The translations under genes and the position numbers were made by a program. 64,000 bases of DNA from contig JACPHR010000018.1 in the NCBI GenBank assembly GCA_016188455.1, positions 5,079 through 69,078 on the forward strand. The letters are read 5' to 3'. Numbering within the stretch: the stretch's first letter is position 1; the number at the start of each line of letters is the position of its first letter. Source of the stretch: Candidatus Tayloriibacteriota bacterium (lineage in GTDB: Bacteria; Patescibacteriota; Minisyncoccia; Phycocordibacterales; SIBU01). Below, in pieces: positions 7,611 to 17,401 of this stretch. The notes under the pieces are model-generated. The model ran no database searches. It saw nothing but the letters and a program-made list of their open reading frames with translations, and was not told where the DNA came from.

Positions 7611-9815
7611 TTAAAGGTGGCTGCCCCCCTTTTCTTTTTTGTCAAACAAAGACAGGCCTCCGAGCTGAAGCCAGATAGATGCGATAATCAGCAGTTCCGA
7701 GAAAGTGTACTTGGAGGAATCCAACATTTTGCAGCCCCAGGACGGCGAGGCGAAATCCCGCCAGCCCAAATACATGCAATCGGGCACGAAAGCTAAGATT
7801 AGAGCGACCACGAGCATAAACCACGGAATAGGGTGCATTTTGTCGCTTGACCAAGGGTGGCGGCCGACGGCTAAAGCCGCGAGCGGTATGAGCCAGATAG
7901 TGTTCATGACCCAGGTTAAAGGACCGAGCAAAAGCAAAACCATCAGCACGGCGTACCAATACAAAAACTCCTGCTCCGGCGAAAACTGGGGAGTTTTCAT
8001 TCTGATTTTTTTCAAGCCCAAGAAAGCCAACGGCAGAAAAAACGCCAAGAGGAGAAAAGAAATGAGCGAGGCGGAAATTTGCCAGTTCTTATTTATGTCT
8101 TGCAGTCGCAAGACGATAAAGCGGGAAAGCGAGGCGTTGGGAGAGAAAGAAATTTTAACGTCTTTAAACCAATGCCCGTCTTTGGCAAAGCCGTCTGGGT
8201 GGCCCAGGCCGTACTCACTGTAGTATTTTGCGAAATAACTCTCCGGCAATTTGGCCTCCGCCGGCCCGTTTTCACTGCCATTTTGCACAAAGCGAGGCAG
8301 TTCTTTTGTTAAATAATTTCCTAAGATATTGGGTCCGAGGAACAGTACGGTCAAAACAACGATAGTCGCTCCGCCGAGGAGGTATCCCGCGAGCATTTTC
8401 CACTGTTTCCTTAGAATGAAAAACAAAACCACCAAACCGATATGCAACTTAATCAGGGTGGCGAACGCCCAAAAAAATCCCGAAGCCATTTCGCGGCGGC
8501 TGCCGCTTGAGGCTAGACTGATGGCCGTTAGGGCCAAAAGGAGAGTGAGAGCGTCTATTTGGCCGAGGGCGATAAAGGTTAGCAGGGGGAAAAACAAAGA
8601 AGCGTAAATACCCACCGCCGCGCACTGCCAAAAACGGAGCTTCAGTTTTAAGGCGCGAATAGTAATAAAAATTGACGCCAATAAGCAGGCCAAAGAAAAA
8701 TAAAGCCAAAAAAATTTGGCTGTGCCGTAGGTCATCATGTTTGCCATCAGTTCGAAAGGCACGGCCACCAAGGGCGGATAGATAAAACGGCTGTAGGTGT
8801 AAATGGCGTTCCCGTCCCAAATGGGCGGCTCTCTTACTATGCCGTTTTGGTAAATCGGAAAACCGGCGTTTAAGCTTTGGCCGGCCGTGTAATAAACCGA
8901 GAAGTCTCTTTGGACGCCGTCTTGGCCGAAACGATTGATGTTGCCGTAGAGTCTTATGAGGGAAAATAAGAGGAGCGCGCTCAAACCGCTTGCCGCTATG
9001 ATTTTAAATAAAGATCGCCCTCGCAGGGTATTATTCGCATGAGCGGCATTCGTAGCGCCGCCATCCCCGCTTTTTCGGAAAAGCGGGAGATGTCTTAAGA
9101 AAGTTTTAATGATAAATCTGAGATACCTAAAGCCTTCTCTGGATATTTTCAACTTCGTGGCGCCGTAAATCCTTTCCCCGTATTCAATGGGAATTTCCAT
9201 TATTCTGGCGCCGTTTTCTTTGGCGTAAAACGAAAATTCTATCAAAAAAGTGTTGCCTTTCGTTTTCAGTTTATCTTTGATGGCGTTAAAAACCTTCTTT
9301 TTGAAAAGCCGAAACCCGCTTGAAGTGTCGTAGACGGTAAGTCCCGTTGCCAGGCGCGTTATAAACTGGCTTATAATGCTCAGGAGAACCGGAAAAACCG
9401 GTTTGCCTTTCATCATACTGAACCTGTTATTTACGTATCTTGAGCCTATCACCATGTCAAAATCTTTCATTTTCTTAAGCATCACCGGCAACAATTCGGG
9501 CTCGTAGCAAAGGTCCGCGTCAATGGACGCGACATATTTTTTGCTTGCGGCCTCAAAGCCTTCAAACCAGGCGCCGGCAAGGCTCGGAGGGGGGTCTCTA
9601 AAAATGACTTTCAGTTCCGGAATCAATTTTACTTGCTCGCTGAGATATTCAAAGGAGCCGTCCCCGCTCCGGTCGTCAACCACTATTATTTCCCCGTCCA
9701 GTTGATTTTTTCTGAAGACGGCGAGGATTTTAGGAATCAGTATTTGCAGATTCTTTTTCTCGTTGTAAGTAGGGATTACAACAGATAGTTCTTTTTCCAT
9801 AGTTTTAAACGGCAT
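7611..9815 (-). CDS. Fusion: polyprenol-phosphate glycosyltransferase (GT2) plus GT87/DUF2029-like GT-C domain
   Basis: N-term SVVIPTYNE, VDDRSGDG, IDADL, SGFRLF; C-term DFSVYY, FIYPP, GQID, IKL with many TM helices. Confidence 0.8.
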   Translation of the reverse strand: MPFKTMEKELSVVIPTYNEKKNLQILIPKILAVFRKNQLDGEIIVVDDRSGDGSFEYLSEQVKLIPELKVIFRDPPPSLAGAWFEGFEAASKKYVASIDADLCYEPELLPVMLKKMKDFDMVIGSRYVNNRFSMMKGKPVFPVLLSIISQFITRLATGLTVYDTSSGFRLFKKKVFNAIKDKLKTKGNTFLIEFSFYAKENGARIMEIPIEYGERIYGATKLKISREGFRYLRFIIKTFLRHLPLFRKSGDGGATNAAHANNTLRGRSLFKIIAASGLSALLLFSLIRLYGNINRFGQDGVQRDFSVYYTAGQSLNAGFPIYQNGIVREPPIWDGNAIYTYSRFIYPPLVAVPFELMANMMTYGTAKFFWLYFSLACLLASIFITIRALKLKLRFWQCAAVGIYASLFFPLLTFIALGQIDALTLLLALTAISLASSGSRREMASGFFWAFATLIKLHIGLVVLFFILRKQWKMLAGYLLGGATIVVLTVLFLGPNILGNYLTKELPRFVQNGSENGPAEAKLPESYFAKYYSEYGLGHPDGFAKDGHWFKDVKISFSPNASLSRFIVLRLQDINKNWQISASLISFLLLAFFLPLAFLGLKKIRMKTPQFSPEQEFLYWYAVLMVLLLLGPLTWVMNTIWLIPLAALAVGRHPWSSDKMHPIPWFMLVVALILAFVPDCMYLGWRDFASPSWGCKMLDSSKYTFSELLIIASIWLQLGGLSLFDKKEKGGSHL

Positions 9816-9915
9816 GTTCTTCGTAGGATTTATATTGAAGATTATACCTTACATCATAAATAAAATATCTTCAAATAAGTGTGCTAGACGAGCACATCGG
9901 TGACAGTCCTATTCT

Positions 9916-9989
9916 TACCTTGAATTACGAAACTCGGTTTCCGCGAAGAGAACTTCATCCCGCGCGCCTTGTCCGGACTGAGGCAAGCC
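9916..9989. mobile_element. Half family-A element, truncated by a CCCCGCACCAA-type end
   Basis: TACCTTGAATTACGAAACTCGGTTTCCGCGAAGAGAACTTCATCCCGCGCGCCTTGTCCGGAC, near-identical to one arm of the copy inside nadE. Confidence 0.8.
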
Positions 9990-10055
9990 CCCGCACCAAT
10001 TTCACCAAAGATGCGCGAGGGGTTTTGACGAGAGAGGCGGGGATGGACACGCGAC

Positions 10056-10363
10056 AATGCGCGGTATTATGACCCACAGAGAGGGCAGTTCTTGAGTCAA
10101 GACCCGCTCCATCTCGCTCTAGGGAATGCACAGCAAGTTAAACAACTGACGGGGCAGGAACAGCAAGCGTATTTGGCAGAGCCACAGAATCTAAATAGCC
10201 ACTCTTACGGAAAAAATAATCCGCTAAAGTTTAGTGATCCAAGCGGATTGTTCTGGTGGTACGGGTTCTACGATTGGACAGGCTACGAGGGTATTCGGGG
10301 GAGTGGCAATGAAAGCAGGAGAAGTGTTTGGTGGCCACAGCCGGGCATTAAATGCCATCCAGT
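10056..10363 (+). pseudogene. RHS repeat-associated core fragment (polymorphic toxin remnant)
   Basis: NARYYDPQRGQFLSQDP...NSHSYGKNNPLKFSDPSGL; no start codon; runs into the repeat array. Confidence 0.8.
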
Positions 10364-10365
10364 GG

Positions 10366-10548
10366 TAATTGGTGTAATTGGTGTCAGTAATTGTAATTGG
10401 TGTCATAATTGGTGTCAGATAATTGGTGTCATAATTGGTGTCAGTAATTGGTGTCTAATTGGTGTCATAATTGGTGTCAGGTACCTTTTAGTAATTGGTG
10501 TCAGTAGTAATTGGTGTAATTGGTGGTAATTGGTGTCAGGTACCTTTT
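10366..10548 (+). repeat. Irregular array of TAATTGGTG(TCAGGTACCTTTT) units left of the RAYT gene
   Basis: 13 AATTGGTG-containing units of variable length; innermost full 21-mer at 10528-10548. Confidence 0.9.
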
Positions 10549-10579
10549 ATTTTCCAACATTTCATGATACACTCTCATC

Positions 10580-11260
10580 ATGGGACGAGCACCACGAGTT
10601 GATGTCGGCGGCGAGGTCTATCATATTATAAATCGTGCCAACGGCCGGCAGACAATCTTCCACACAAAAGAGGAGTATTTGCATTTTGAGCAACTTCTCA
10701 CTGAAGCTAAAGAACTGAATAGCATGCGTATTCTTGCCTATATCCTTATGTCAAACCACTGGCACTTGGTACTTCATCCTCACCGTGACGGCGATCTTTC
10801 TGTGTTCATGCAATGGCTTACCTTAACTCACACCCAGCAATATCACTCAAGAACAAAAACGATTGGCTACGGCCATCTCTATCAGGGACGATACAAGTCA
10901 TTTCTCGTCGAAAAAGACAACCATCTTCTCCAGCTTATCCGCTATGTGGAGCGCAATGCTTTTCGTGCTAAACTTGTTAAACAGGCGGAGAATTGGCGAT
11001 GGGGAAGTGCATACCGGAGAACCCAGGGTGCACCGCAAGCAAAAGCATTACTGAGTGATACCATTATTGAGCTTCCCAAAGATTATCTTGAGTGGTTGAA
11101 CGAAAAAGAAGATGCGGGCGCCCTTGCTATTATTCGCCAGTCAGTAAACAAAGGAACCCCATTGGGAGCAGTAAAATGGGTCAAGCGGACAGTTGATAAA
11201 TTTGATTTACTTTTAACCACGCGCTTGCGTGGAAGGCCGAAAGATGAAAAAGGTACCTGA
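10580..11260 (+). CDS. REP-associated tyrosine transposase (RAYT, Y1 HUH)
   Basis: YHIINRANGRQTIF, AYILMSNHWHLV (HUH), GHLYQGRYKS, RYVERN, WRWGSA, C-terminal RGRP. Confidence 0.92.
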   Translation: MGRAPRVDVGGEVYHIINRANGRQTIFHTKEEYLHFEQLLTEAKELNSMRILAYILMSNHWHLVLHPHRDGDLSVFMQWLTLTHTQQYHSRTKTIGYGHLYQGRYKSFLVEKDNHLLQLIRYVERNAFRAKLVKQAENWRWGSAYRRTQGAPQAKALLSDTIIELPKDYLEWLNEKEDAGALAIIRQSVNKGTPLGAVKWVKRTVDKFDLLLTTRLRGRPKDEKGT

Positions 11261-11471
11261 CACCAATTCCTCAATTCCTGACACCAATTCCCCAATTCCA
11301 ATTCCTGACACCAATTCCCATTGGGAGCAGTAAAATGGGTCAAGCGGACAGTTGATAAATTTGATTTACTTTTAACCACGCGCTTGCGTGGAAGGCCGAA
11401 AGATGAAAAAGGTACCTGACACCAATTCCTCTGACACCAATTCCTGACACCAATTCCCTGACACCAATTCC
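11248..11471 (-). repeat. Inverted array right of RAYT, including a 115-bp duplication of the gene 3' end
   Basis: AAAAGGTACCTGACACCAATT 11248-11268 is the reverse complement of 10528-10548; seven CACCAATT units; 11158-11272 repeated at 11317-11431. Confidence 0.9.
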
Positions 11472-11518
11472 ACAGGTTACTTTTCCCACTAATTACCTAA
11501 ATAATTAATAACGGTATG

Positions 11519-11550
11519 AAAAACCCACACCTCCTGGAGAGGTGCGGGGT
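11519..11550 (-). terminator. Intrinsic terminator of the 11558-12097 gene
   Basis: CACCTC/GAGGTG hairpin followed by a U-tract on the minus strand. Confidence 0.55.
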
Positions 11551-11557
11551 AAGAGGT

Positions 11558-12097
11558 CTAACTCAAGATCGCTTTGAGTTTAAGGATATGCGGGTCATCA
11601 TCCATGTGTCGTCTTGTTACCCGGAGCAGGGTTTGAAGCAAAGAATGCCCGCGAACCTTCCAATTCTCCCGTAACACGCTTTCTTCTTGCGGCGATGAGG
11701 GAAATACATAGACCGCGATATTCCAGTCTTTGCTTTCGGCTACCCGTTTTGCTTTTTCTTTGAGTTCACACAATTTCAGGCGTAGATGTTCTGAAACCGC
11801 GGGAGTTTGCTGAAGTTGCTCAAAGAATAAGTCAAGTGACATATCATAATCCGTGTACAGGTGAAGTCCTTGTTCCATGAGAGACCAATCTCCATCCAAG
11901 AGAAAAGTTAACATGGCAATCTTTCTTATCTGTTCCACAGCAACAATACATGTCTCAAATAAATCCAATCGAAAGGCATGAGAAGGGACTAGCCCCGTTT
12001 CTTCCAGAACATTTTCAAGAATTTCGGATGCCTCTTTCGATTTTTTACTTATGTCAAAAAACTCGGGTATTTCTTCCAGTCGGAATGTGTAGGTCAT
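11558..12097 (-). CDS. Hypothetical protein (stand-alone cassette)
   Basis: 179-aa ORF with upstream AAGGAAG, own TTGACA-16-TATACT promoter (12183-12156) and terminator. Confidence 0.65.
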   Translation of the reverse strand: MTYTFRLEEIPEFFDISKKSKEASEILENVLEETGLVPSHAFRLDLFETCIVAVEQIRKIAMLTFLLDGDWSLMEQGLHLYTDYDMSLDLFFEQLQQTPAVSEHLRLKLCELKEKAKRVAESKDWNIAVYVFPSSPQEESVLRENWKVRGHSLLQTLLRVTRRHMDDDPHILKLKAILS

Positions 12098-12220
12098 TTT
12101 CTTCCTTTTTGTTTTTGTGTGTTTTTTGTAGGATTCTTAATACTACTCTAGAACAAGTATACATATTTATTGATATTTGTCAACCTTGGGAGTTTTCTAA
12201 ATGAAACTAGCAAGAAGACC

Positions 12221-13084
12221 TTACTCATTCACGGTGTAGGGATATGACTTTTTATCCGCGACCCCTCTCCGCAAAGCATAGTTTAATATGCCGAGAGTTT
12301 CCAGTTCGGCATATGCTTTTTTTCCTGTTTCAGGCGTCGGCACGGGGAACAATCTTACTTTTGTGGTTCTCGGGAACGGCGGTTGTTTATTTATCATGCG
12401 CATGATTCGCGCTAGATGGGGGGCGTGGGCGACAATCGCCAGTTCTTGATCAGCTTCAAACCCCTGCGGTAATTTTAACGTTTTTACGGTATCCAGAGTA
12501 TTGACGATAGGCTGTTCAGTAGTTCCCCGTATGATGGTCACTTTATCTTCCGGAATAATCGTTCCTTCACGCGAGAGTACGTCCGCGACAGTATCGTTTT
12601 CAAGTTCTACGCCGTTGTAGATAATTTTCGGACCGAACTTTTCAATCATCTCTTTAATTTTTGCCTTCCGTTCCTTGATGCTCGCAAGAGAACCCCTGTC
12701 AAAATTTTCTCCGCTTCTTGCTTCCGCCACTTTCCGCGCAAGAATTGCCGCGTGATTCAGCCGTGCCCGGTCTGCCCACTCCATCCAGGGAAGATTTTTA
12801 TACACCCCCCGCTCTTTTTCCTTGATAGCCGTATCATAAGTTCCCACGCCGGAGTTCACCCAGATTGCGCCGATTTTTTTCGCCATTTCCGCTGGCATTT
12901 CAATTCTGGCTTTTTCTTTTTCGCCAACCTCTTCCAGTCGTTTTATCTCTTCCGCGATTTCGGTAATCAAAACTTTGACTTCGCTTTCGGGCAAGCTTCC
13001 GTAGTCGGCGTGATCCGCGAGTGCTTTTTGGTACAGTTCATCTGGATTGAACTGTTCATTTGTAGAGTTGAGAGATTCTGGCAT
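12221..13084 (-). CDS. Putative DUF218/YdcF-like protein
   Basis: AIWVNSG, RARL, IIYNG, NTLD, LAIVAHAPHLARI resemble the DUF218 motif series. Confidence 0.55.
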   Translation of the reverse strand: MPESLNSTNEQFNPDELYQKALADHADYGSLPESEVKVLITEIAEEIKRLEEVGEKEKARIEMPAEMAKKIGAIWVNSGVGTYDTAIKEKERGVYKNLPWMEWADRARLNHAAILARKVAEARSGENFDRGSLASIKERKAKIKEMIEKFGPKIIYNGVELENDTVADVLSREGTIIPEDKVTIIRGTTEQPIVNTLDTVKTLKLPQGFEADQELAIVAHAPHLARIMRMINKQPPFPRTTKVRLFPVPTPETGKKAYAELETLGILNYALRRGVADKKSYPYTVNE

Positions 13085-13092
13085 GGATTTAT

Positions 13093-14028
13093 TTAAGACG
13101 AGGAATGTTTCTTATGCCAATCAACCGTTTTCTTCAGTCCTTGCCGAAGGGCAGTTTTTGCTTGGAACCCGATTAGGTGTGATGCCCGACTGACGTCCAA
13201 AAAGCGCTTCAGCTCGCCTTCCGGCTTCGTCGTATCCCAACGTACCGTGCCTTCAAATCCGATGAGAGAGGACAGCAAGGCCACCAGCGCTTTTATTGAA
13301 ATGCCGGCGCCCGAACCGATATTGAGAGGCATCGCCTCATCGTACGACTCCGCGGCGCGGACAATGCCTTCGGTGGCGTCTTCAACGTAAATCAGGTCGC
13401 GCGTCGCCCGCCCCGTTCCCCAGGCTTCTATTTCTTTTTGGCCGCCTTTTTTTGCCTTCATAATTTTTTGGATGAGCGAGGGAATCATATAGCCGCTGGA
13501 AAACTTTTCACCCGGCCCGTAGGAATTCGTGAGAATCACGTGAATTGAATTGAATCCCGTCTGGCGCCGGTACAATTCGCCCTGCAGGGCGACAATCCGC
13601 TTTGACAAGCCGTAGGGGATGCTCGTTTCCAAAGGCAGGCCGTTCCAGAGGGCGTCTTCGCGCAGAGGCACCCTCGCGTCTTTGGGGTATTCTATCACGC
13701 TCCCAACAGTAACGACTTTTTGCGCTCCTGCCCGCCGCGCCGCCTCAAGAAGCTGTATGCCCATCATGAGATTCTCGTAAAAAAGCTCCCCGGGAATTTT
13801 GCCCCTAATGAGCAGGTCTCCGGTATTGGCGGCGCAGTCAAAGACCACTTCTATTCCTTTCGTGGCCTTCAGACAATCGTTCCATATGAGCAAGTTACAT
13901 TCCTTGGAAGACGGAGCAAAAATGCGCTCGTTCGGCACGCCGCGTTTTTTGAGCGTCTGGACCAAGTGAGAGCCGATAAATCCGCCGCCGCCTAGAACGA
14001 GGATTCGTTTGTTTTTCAGGTCGAGCAT
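13093..14028 (-). CDS. GDP-L-fucose synthase-like epimerase/reductase
   Basis: GGGGFIG, PYGLSK, NSYGPG, IPSLI, WGTGRATRD, WDTTKPEG. Confidence 0.8.
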   Translation of the reverse strand: MLDLKNKRILVLGGGGFIGSHLVQTLKKRGVPNERIFAPSSKECNLLIWNDCLKATKGIEVVFDCAANTGDLLIRGKIPGELFYENLMMGIQLLEAARRAGAQKVVTVGSVIEYPKDARVPLREDALWNGLPLETSIPYGLSKRIVALQGELYRRQTGFNSIHVILTNSYGPGEKFSSGYMIPSLIQKIMKAKKGGQKEIEAWGTGRATRDLIYVEDATEGIVRAAESYDEAMPLNIGSGAGISIKALVALLSSLIGFEGTVRWDTTKPEGELKRFLDVSRASHLIGFQAKTALRQGLKKTVDWHKKHSSS

Positions 14029-14047
14029 TGATAGTATATCTTATACC

Positions 14048-15007
14048 ATGAATGACAAGCCAACAACCATATGCTATTTCGGCTTGTATCGCCCCTCGGC
14101 TAGGGCTCTTGAAGGCCGGTACGACCTTCTTTGGGTCGGCTATTTGAGCACCATGGTGGCGCCGCTGGCGCGGCTTTTTTGCCGAAAGCCCATTGTTTTT
14201 AACGCCCTGGACTCTTGGTATGACAGAGCGATTCGCGATAGGGAAATGCATTCAAAGTTTTCTCCGGCGGCGTGGGGCATTTGGCTGTGCGATTTATTGG
14301 CGTTTCATTTGGCAACTGTTGTTTTAGTGGAGAGCGAAGCCCAGAAAAAGTTTTTGGCGAAAGAATTTCACGTCAATCCGAAAAAGCTCGCCGTGGTTTT
14401 TACCGGCGCCGACCCGTCCGTGTTTTTCCCCGACCCGTCCGTTAAAAAACGCGACCGTTTTACGGCCGTGTTCCGCGGCATGTTTTTGCCGGCCACGGGG
14501 GTGGAATATGTGATTGAGGCCGCTCGCATTCTCCGTGACCAGCCGATTGACTTTATCATTATCGGTTGGGGGCCGTTACTTTCCGAAGTTAAGGCCAAGT
14601 TTGCCGCATACGAACTTTCGCATGCGACGCTCATGGCCGAATTTCTGCCGCCGAAAGTTCTGCGGGAGCTGATGCTTTCCTGCCACGTGATGCTCGGTCA
14701 ATTCGGCAACCACCCGCGGCTTCTACGCACCATTCAACACAAGACATTTGAGGCCCTCGCTCTCGGCATGCCTTACATCACCCGCGACTCGGCGAGCAAC
14801 CGCGAACTTTTGACTGACGGCGTCAACTGCCTTTTGGTGCCGCCCGCCGATGCCTCCGCGTTGGCAAAGAAAATCATGCTTCTTGATAACAACAAGGCGC
14901 TCCGAGAAAGTTTGGCGAAGAATGCCCGCGTCACTTACGGGGAAAATTGCAGGGGAGATGTTCTGACCGCTGCCGTTTTGAAACTGCTCGAAACGTTTAA
15001 GCCTTAA
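14048..15007 (+). CDS. GT4 glycosyltransferase (N-terminal part looks shortened)
   Basis: ICYFG, FTGAD, GVEYVIEAA, KTFEALALGMP; start reset to ATG 14048. Confidence 0.75.
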   Translation: MNDKPTTICYFGLYRPSARALEGRYDLLWVGYLSTMVAPLARLFCRKPIVFNALDSWYDRAIRDREMHSKFSPAAWGIWLCDLLAFHLATVVLVESEAQKKFLAKEFHVNPKKLAVVFTGADPSVFFPDPSVKKRDRFTAVFRGMFLPATGVEYVIEAARILRDQPIDFIIIGWGPLLSEVKAKFAAYELSHATLMAEFLPPKVLRELMLSCHVMLGQFGNHPRLLRTIQHKTFEALALGMPYITRDSASNRELLTDGVNCLLVPPADASALAKKIMLLDNNKALRESLAKNARVTYGENCRGDVLTAAVLKLLETFKP

Positions 15008-16010
15008 GCTTTGGCGATGGCGCGGATGGTGCTAGAGACATAGTCAATTTGTTTTTCCGTGATAGCGAGGCCCGACGGCAGATAAAGACCGTTTTGCGCC
15101 GCAAAGGCCGCGTTGGGAAACCTCTCCCCGCCGATTATTTCTTTAAGCACTGGCTGTTCTTCGGGCGGATAAAAGAAGTCGCGGGTGTCAACGCCCTTTT
15201 CTTTGAGCTTTGCCCGAAGGGCGTCTTTGCTCAGACCGAATTTCTTTTCGTCCACGAGCGTCGCGTACATCCAATAGACATTTTTAACCCCGGGTTTGGT
15301 GATTGGCAGGCGCAGGCCGGGAATGCCAGCCAGTCCTTTTTCGTAGCTTTTCGCCATCTGTTGTTTGCGCTCAATATATTTCGGCAGATTGGCGAGTTCT
15401 CCGCAGCCGACGGCGGCTTGGAGGTTTCCCAGTCTGTAGTTGTAGCCGATTTCGTCGTGGATGAACCGTTTGGCTTTTGAGAAGCTGTATGACTTCAGTT
15501 GTCTCGCATGCTCCGCCCACTCGTCATTGTTGGTAATAAGCATGCCGCCTTCGCCGGTGCTGATGATTTTATTGGCGTAAAAACTGAAACAGCCGAAATC
15601 GCCCATGGCGCCGCAAAGTTTCTTTTTGTATTCGCCGCCGTGCGCTTCCGCCGCGTCTTCAATAACCCGCAGACGGTGTTTTTTGGCAATTTCTAAAATG
15701 GAGTTCATCTCGCAGGCGTGGCCGTAAATATGAACGGGTATAATGGCCTTTGTTCTCGGAGTAATTTTCGCTTCAATTTTTTTCGGGTCAATGTTCCAGG
15801 TATCAGGCTCGCAGTCCACGAAGACCGGGGTGGCGCCGGTGTACATCACGGCAAACCAAGGCGCCGCCATGGTGAAGGCCGGCACAATCACCTCGTCTCC
15901 CGGGCCCAAGCCGAGCGCGAGCAAAGCGACATGCAGGGCCGCGCCGCCGTTGGTGCCACATTCTTTTTTGCCTCATCGGATATTACGGATTCGTTTACCG
16001 GTACGTTCAT
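15004..16010 (-). pseudogene. Perosamine synthetase-like DegT/DnrJ aminotransferase with 5' deletion/frameshift
   Basis: IEDAAEAHG, FSFYANKIISTGEGG, GYNYR; true start MNVPVNE at 16010 is out of frame with TNGGAALH; junction near 15955. Confidence 0.75.
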
Positions 16011-17275
16011 TGTGGTTTTTGAATATTTTTTAGCAGGGATTTTTGCCGCTCTTCAATAATTCTCATAATTGTCGCGTTATAATCGTCTTTTGTCCATAGC
16101 GAGAGCCGTTTTTGTCCGTTTAGAACTAGTTTCTTTCTTAGTTCCGCGTTATTCCAAAGCAGGTGAATCTTTTCGGCCATATCTTCGGGAGACTTGGGAT
16201 TTATGAGGAGCGCGGCGTCGCCGGCCTGCTCTTTACAGCCTCGGACGTTTGAATAGATTGCCGGACAATTCATTTGCCAGGCTTCAACCAACGGTATGTT
16301 GGTCCAGCCGAAGTAAGTGGGCATGATAAAACCGGTGGCCAGTCGGTATAAGGCCCCCATCTCTTCATTGTCAACATAGCCCAACAGATAGACCTGGGGT
16401 TCAAGGTTATTTTGTTTAATATACTGAAGCACTTTGTCGTAAGTTCCCCACAGCCCCCGTTTAGAGCCGGCCAGCGCCAGCGGCGCGATTTCATCCCTGT
16501 CTCTTAAGAGCTTGACCGCTTTGAGCAGGTTCAAATGATTTTTATGCGGCCAGAATTGCGCCGGATAAAAAAGAAATTTTTCCGGCAGAGAAAACTTGGC
16601 GGCGATTTGTTTCGCCTTTTGGACCGAGAGGTTGGTTTTAAGGTATTTCGGCGGCAGGGGAGGGAGAATGATGATTTTTTCCGGAGAGACGCCGTAATAG
16701 CGCGTTATGTCTTCTTTGCCGATTGGCGAATCAACCAGAATTCTGTAGGCGCGATTTTTGATGCGCTGATAGAGATACTGGCGCTTTTGCCGCTGGCCCA
16801 GTTTTGAAACTTCCGGAAATCTCGGATTGATGAGATGCTGCAAGTCTTGGATAGGCACGACGGCGGGAATGGGGTTAAGGAAAGACAATTCCGAAGGCCC
16901 ATGAAAAAAAATCAAGTCCGGATTTTCTTTCATGACGGCTTGAGCCCTTTTTTTCGCCCGCCAAGTCGTTAGAAAAATTTCCAGCCGGTAGAGGCGCAAT
17001 TTTTGGAGCATGCCGCGAATGAAGACCGAAAGCCTTCTTTCGGCGGTTTCTTTTTTCGCCGGCCCCGTTTTCGTTTCCGCCGCGCCGCCGCGGCGCATCA
17101 GATTGATGATTTTCCAGTTTGGCAGATTGAAATCGGCGAACGGAAAGTCCGAAGAAACGGTAAAGACGACAAAATCATGCTCTCGGTTTTCCCTTAAGGC
17201 ATCCAAAAGATTCAGAGCGTATTGATATACCCCGCCGCTGCTTTTTAGGCATTCAAAATAAAAACCGATGCGCAT
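16007..17275 (-). CDS. GT4 glycosyltransferase
   Basis: GGVYQY, FYPAQFWPHKNH, NIPLVEAW. Confidence 0.85.
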   Translation of the reverse strand: MRIGFYFECLKSSGGVYQYALNLLDALRENREHDFVVFTVSSDFPFADFNLPNWKIINLMRRGGAAETKTGPAKKETAERRLSVFIRGMLQKLRLYRLEIFLTTWRAKKRAQAVMKENPDLIFFHGPSELSFLNPIPAVVPIQDLQHLINPRFPEVSKLGQRQKRQYLYQRIKNRAYRILVDSPIGKEDITRYYGVSPEKIIILPPLPPKYLKTNLSVQKAKQIAAKFSLPEKFLFYPAQFWPHKNHLNLLKAVKLLRDRDEIAPLALAGSKRGLWGTYDKVLQYIKQNNLEPQVYLLGYVDNEEMGALYRLATGFIMPTYFGWTNIPLVEAWQMNCPAIYSNVRGCKEQAGDAALLINPKSPEDMAEKIHLLWNNAELRKKLVLNGQKRLSLWTKDDYNATIMRIIEERQKSLLKNIQKPQ

Positions 17276-17284
17276 AAGCTATTG

Positions 17285-17393
17285 TGAATTACGAAACTGG
17301 CGTGCTTCAAGAAACCCCTCCCGCTTGCCCCCCGTAAGGCCTTGAGCGCGCGGGAGGGGTTTCTTTTCGCACTAAGCAAGCCCTCGTAATTCA
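17285..17393. mobile_element. Family-A palindromic element (109 bp)
   Basis: TGAATTACGA..TCGTAATTCA ends; inner AGAAACCCCTCCCGC/GCGGGAGGGGTTTCT stem. Confidence 0.85.
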
Positions 17394-17401
17394 TAGTAAG
17401 T

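Noticed and set aside
10092-10529. 145-aa ORF as a real protein
   Set aside because: It is an RHS fragment read through into the repeat array (VIIGV/NWC repeats)
11158-11431. Diversity-generating retroelement TR/VR pair
   Set aside because: The two 115-bp copies are identical, with no adenine-specific differences, and no reverse transcriptase is in the window
10366-11471. CRISPR array
   Set aside because: Units are 8-22 nt, irregular, have no unique spacers, are inverted about the gene, and no cas genes are present
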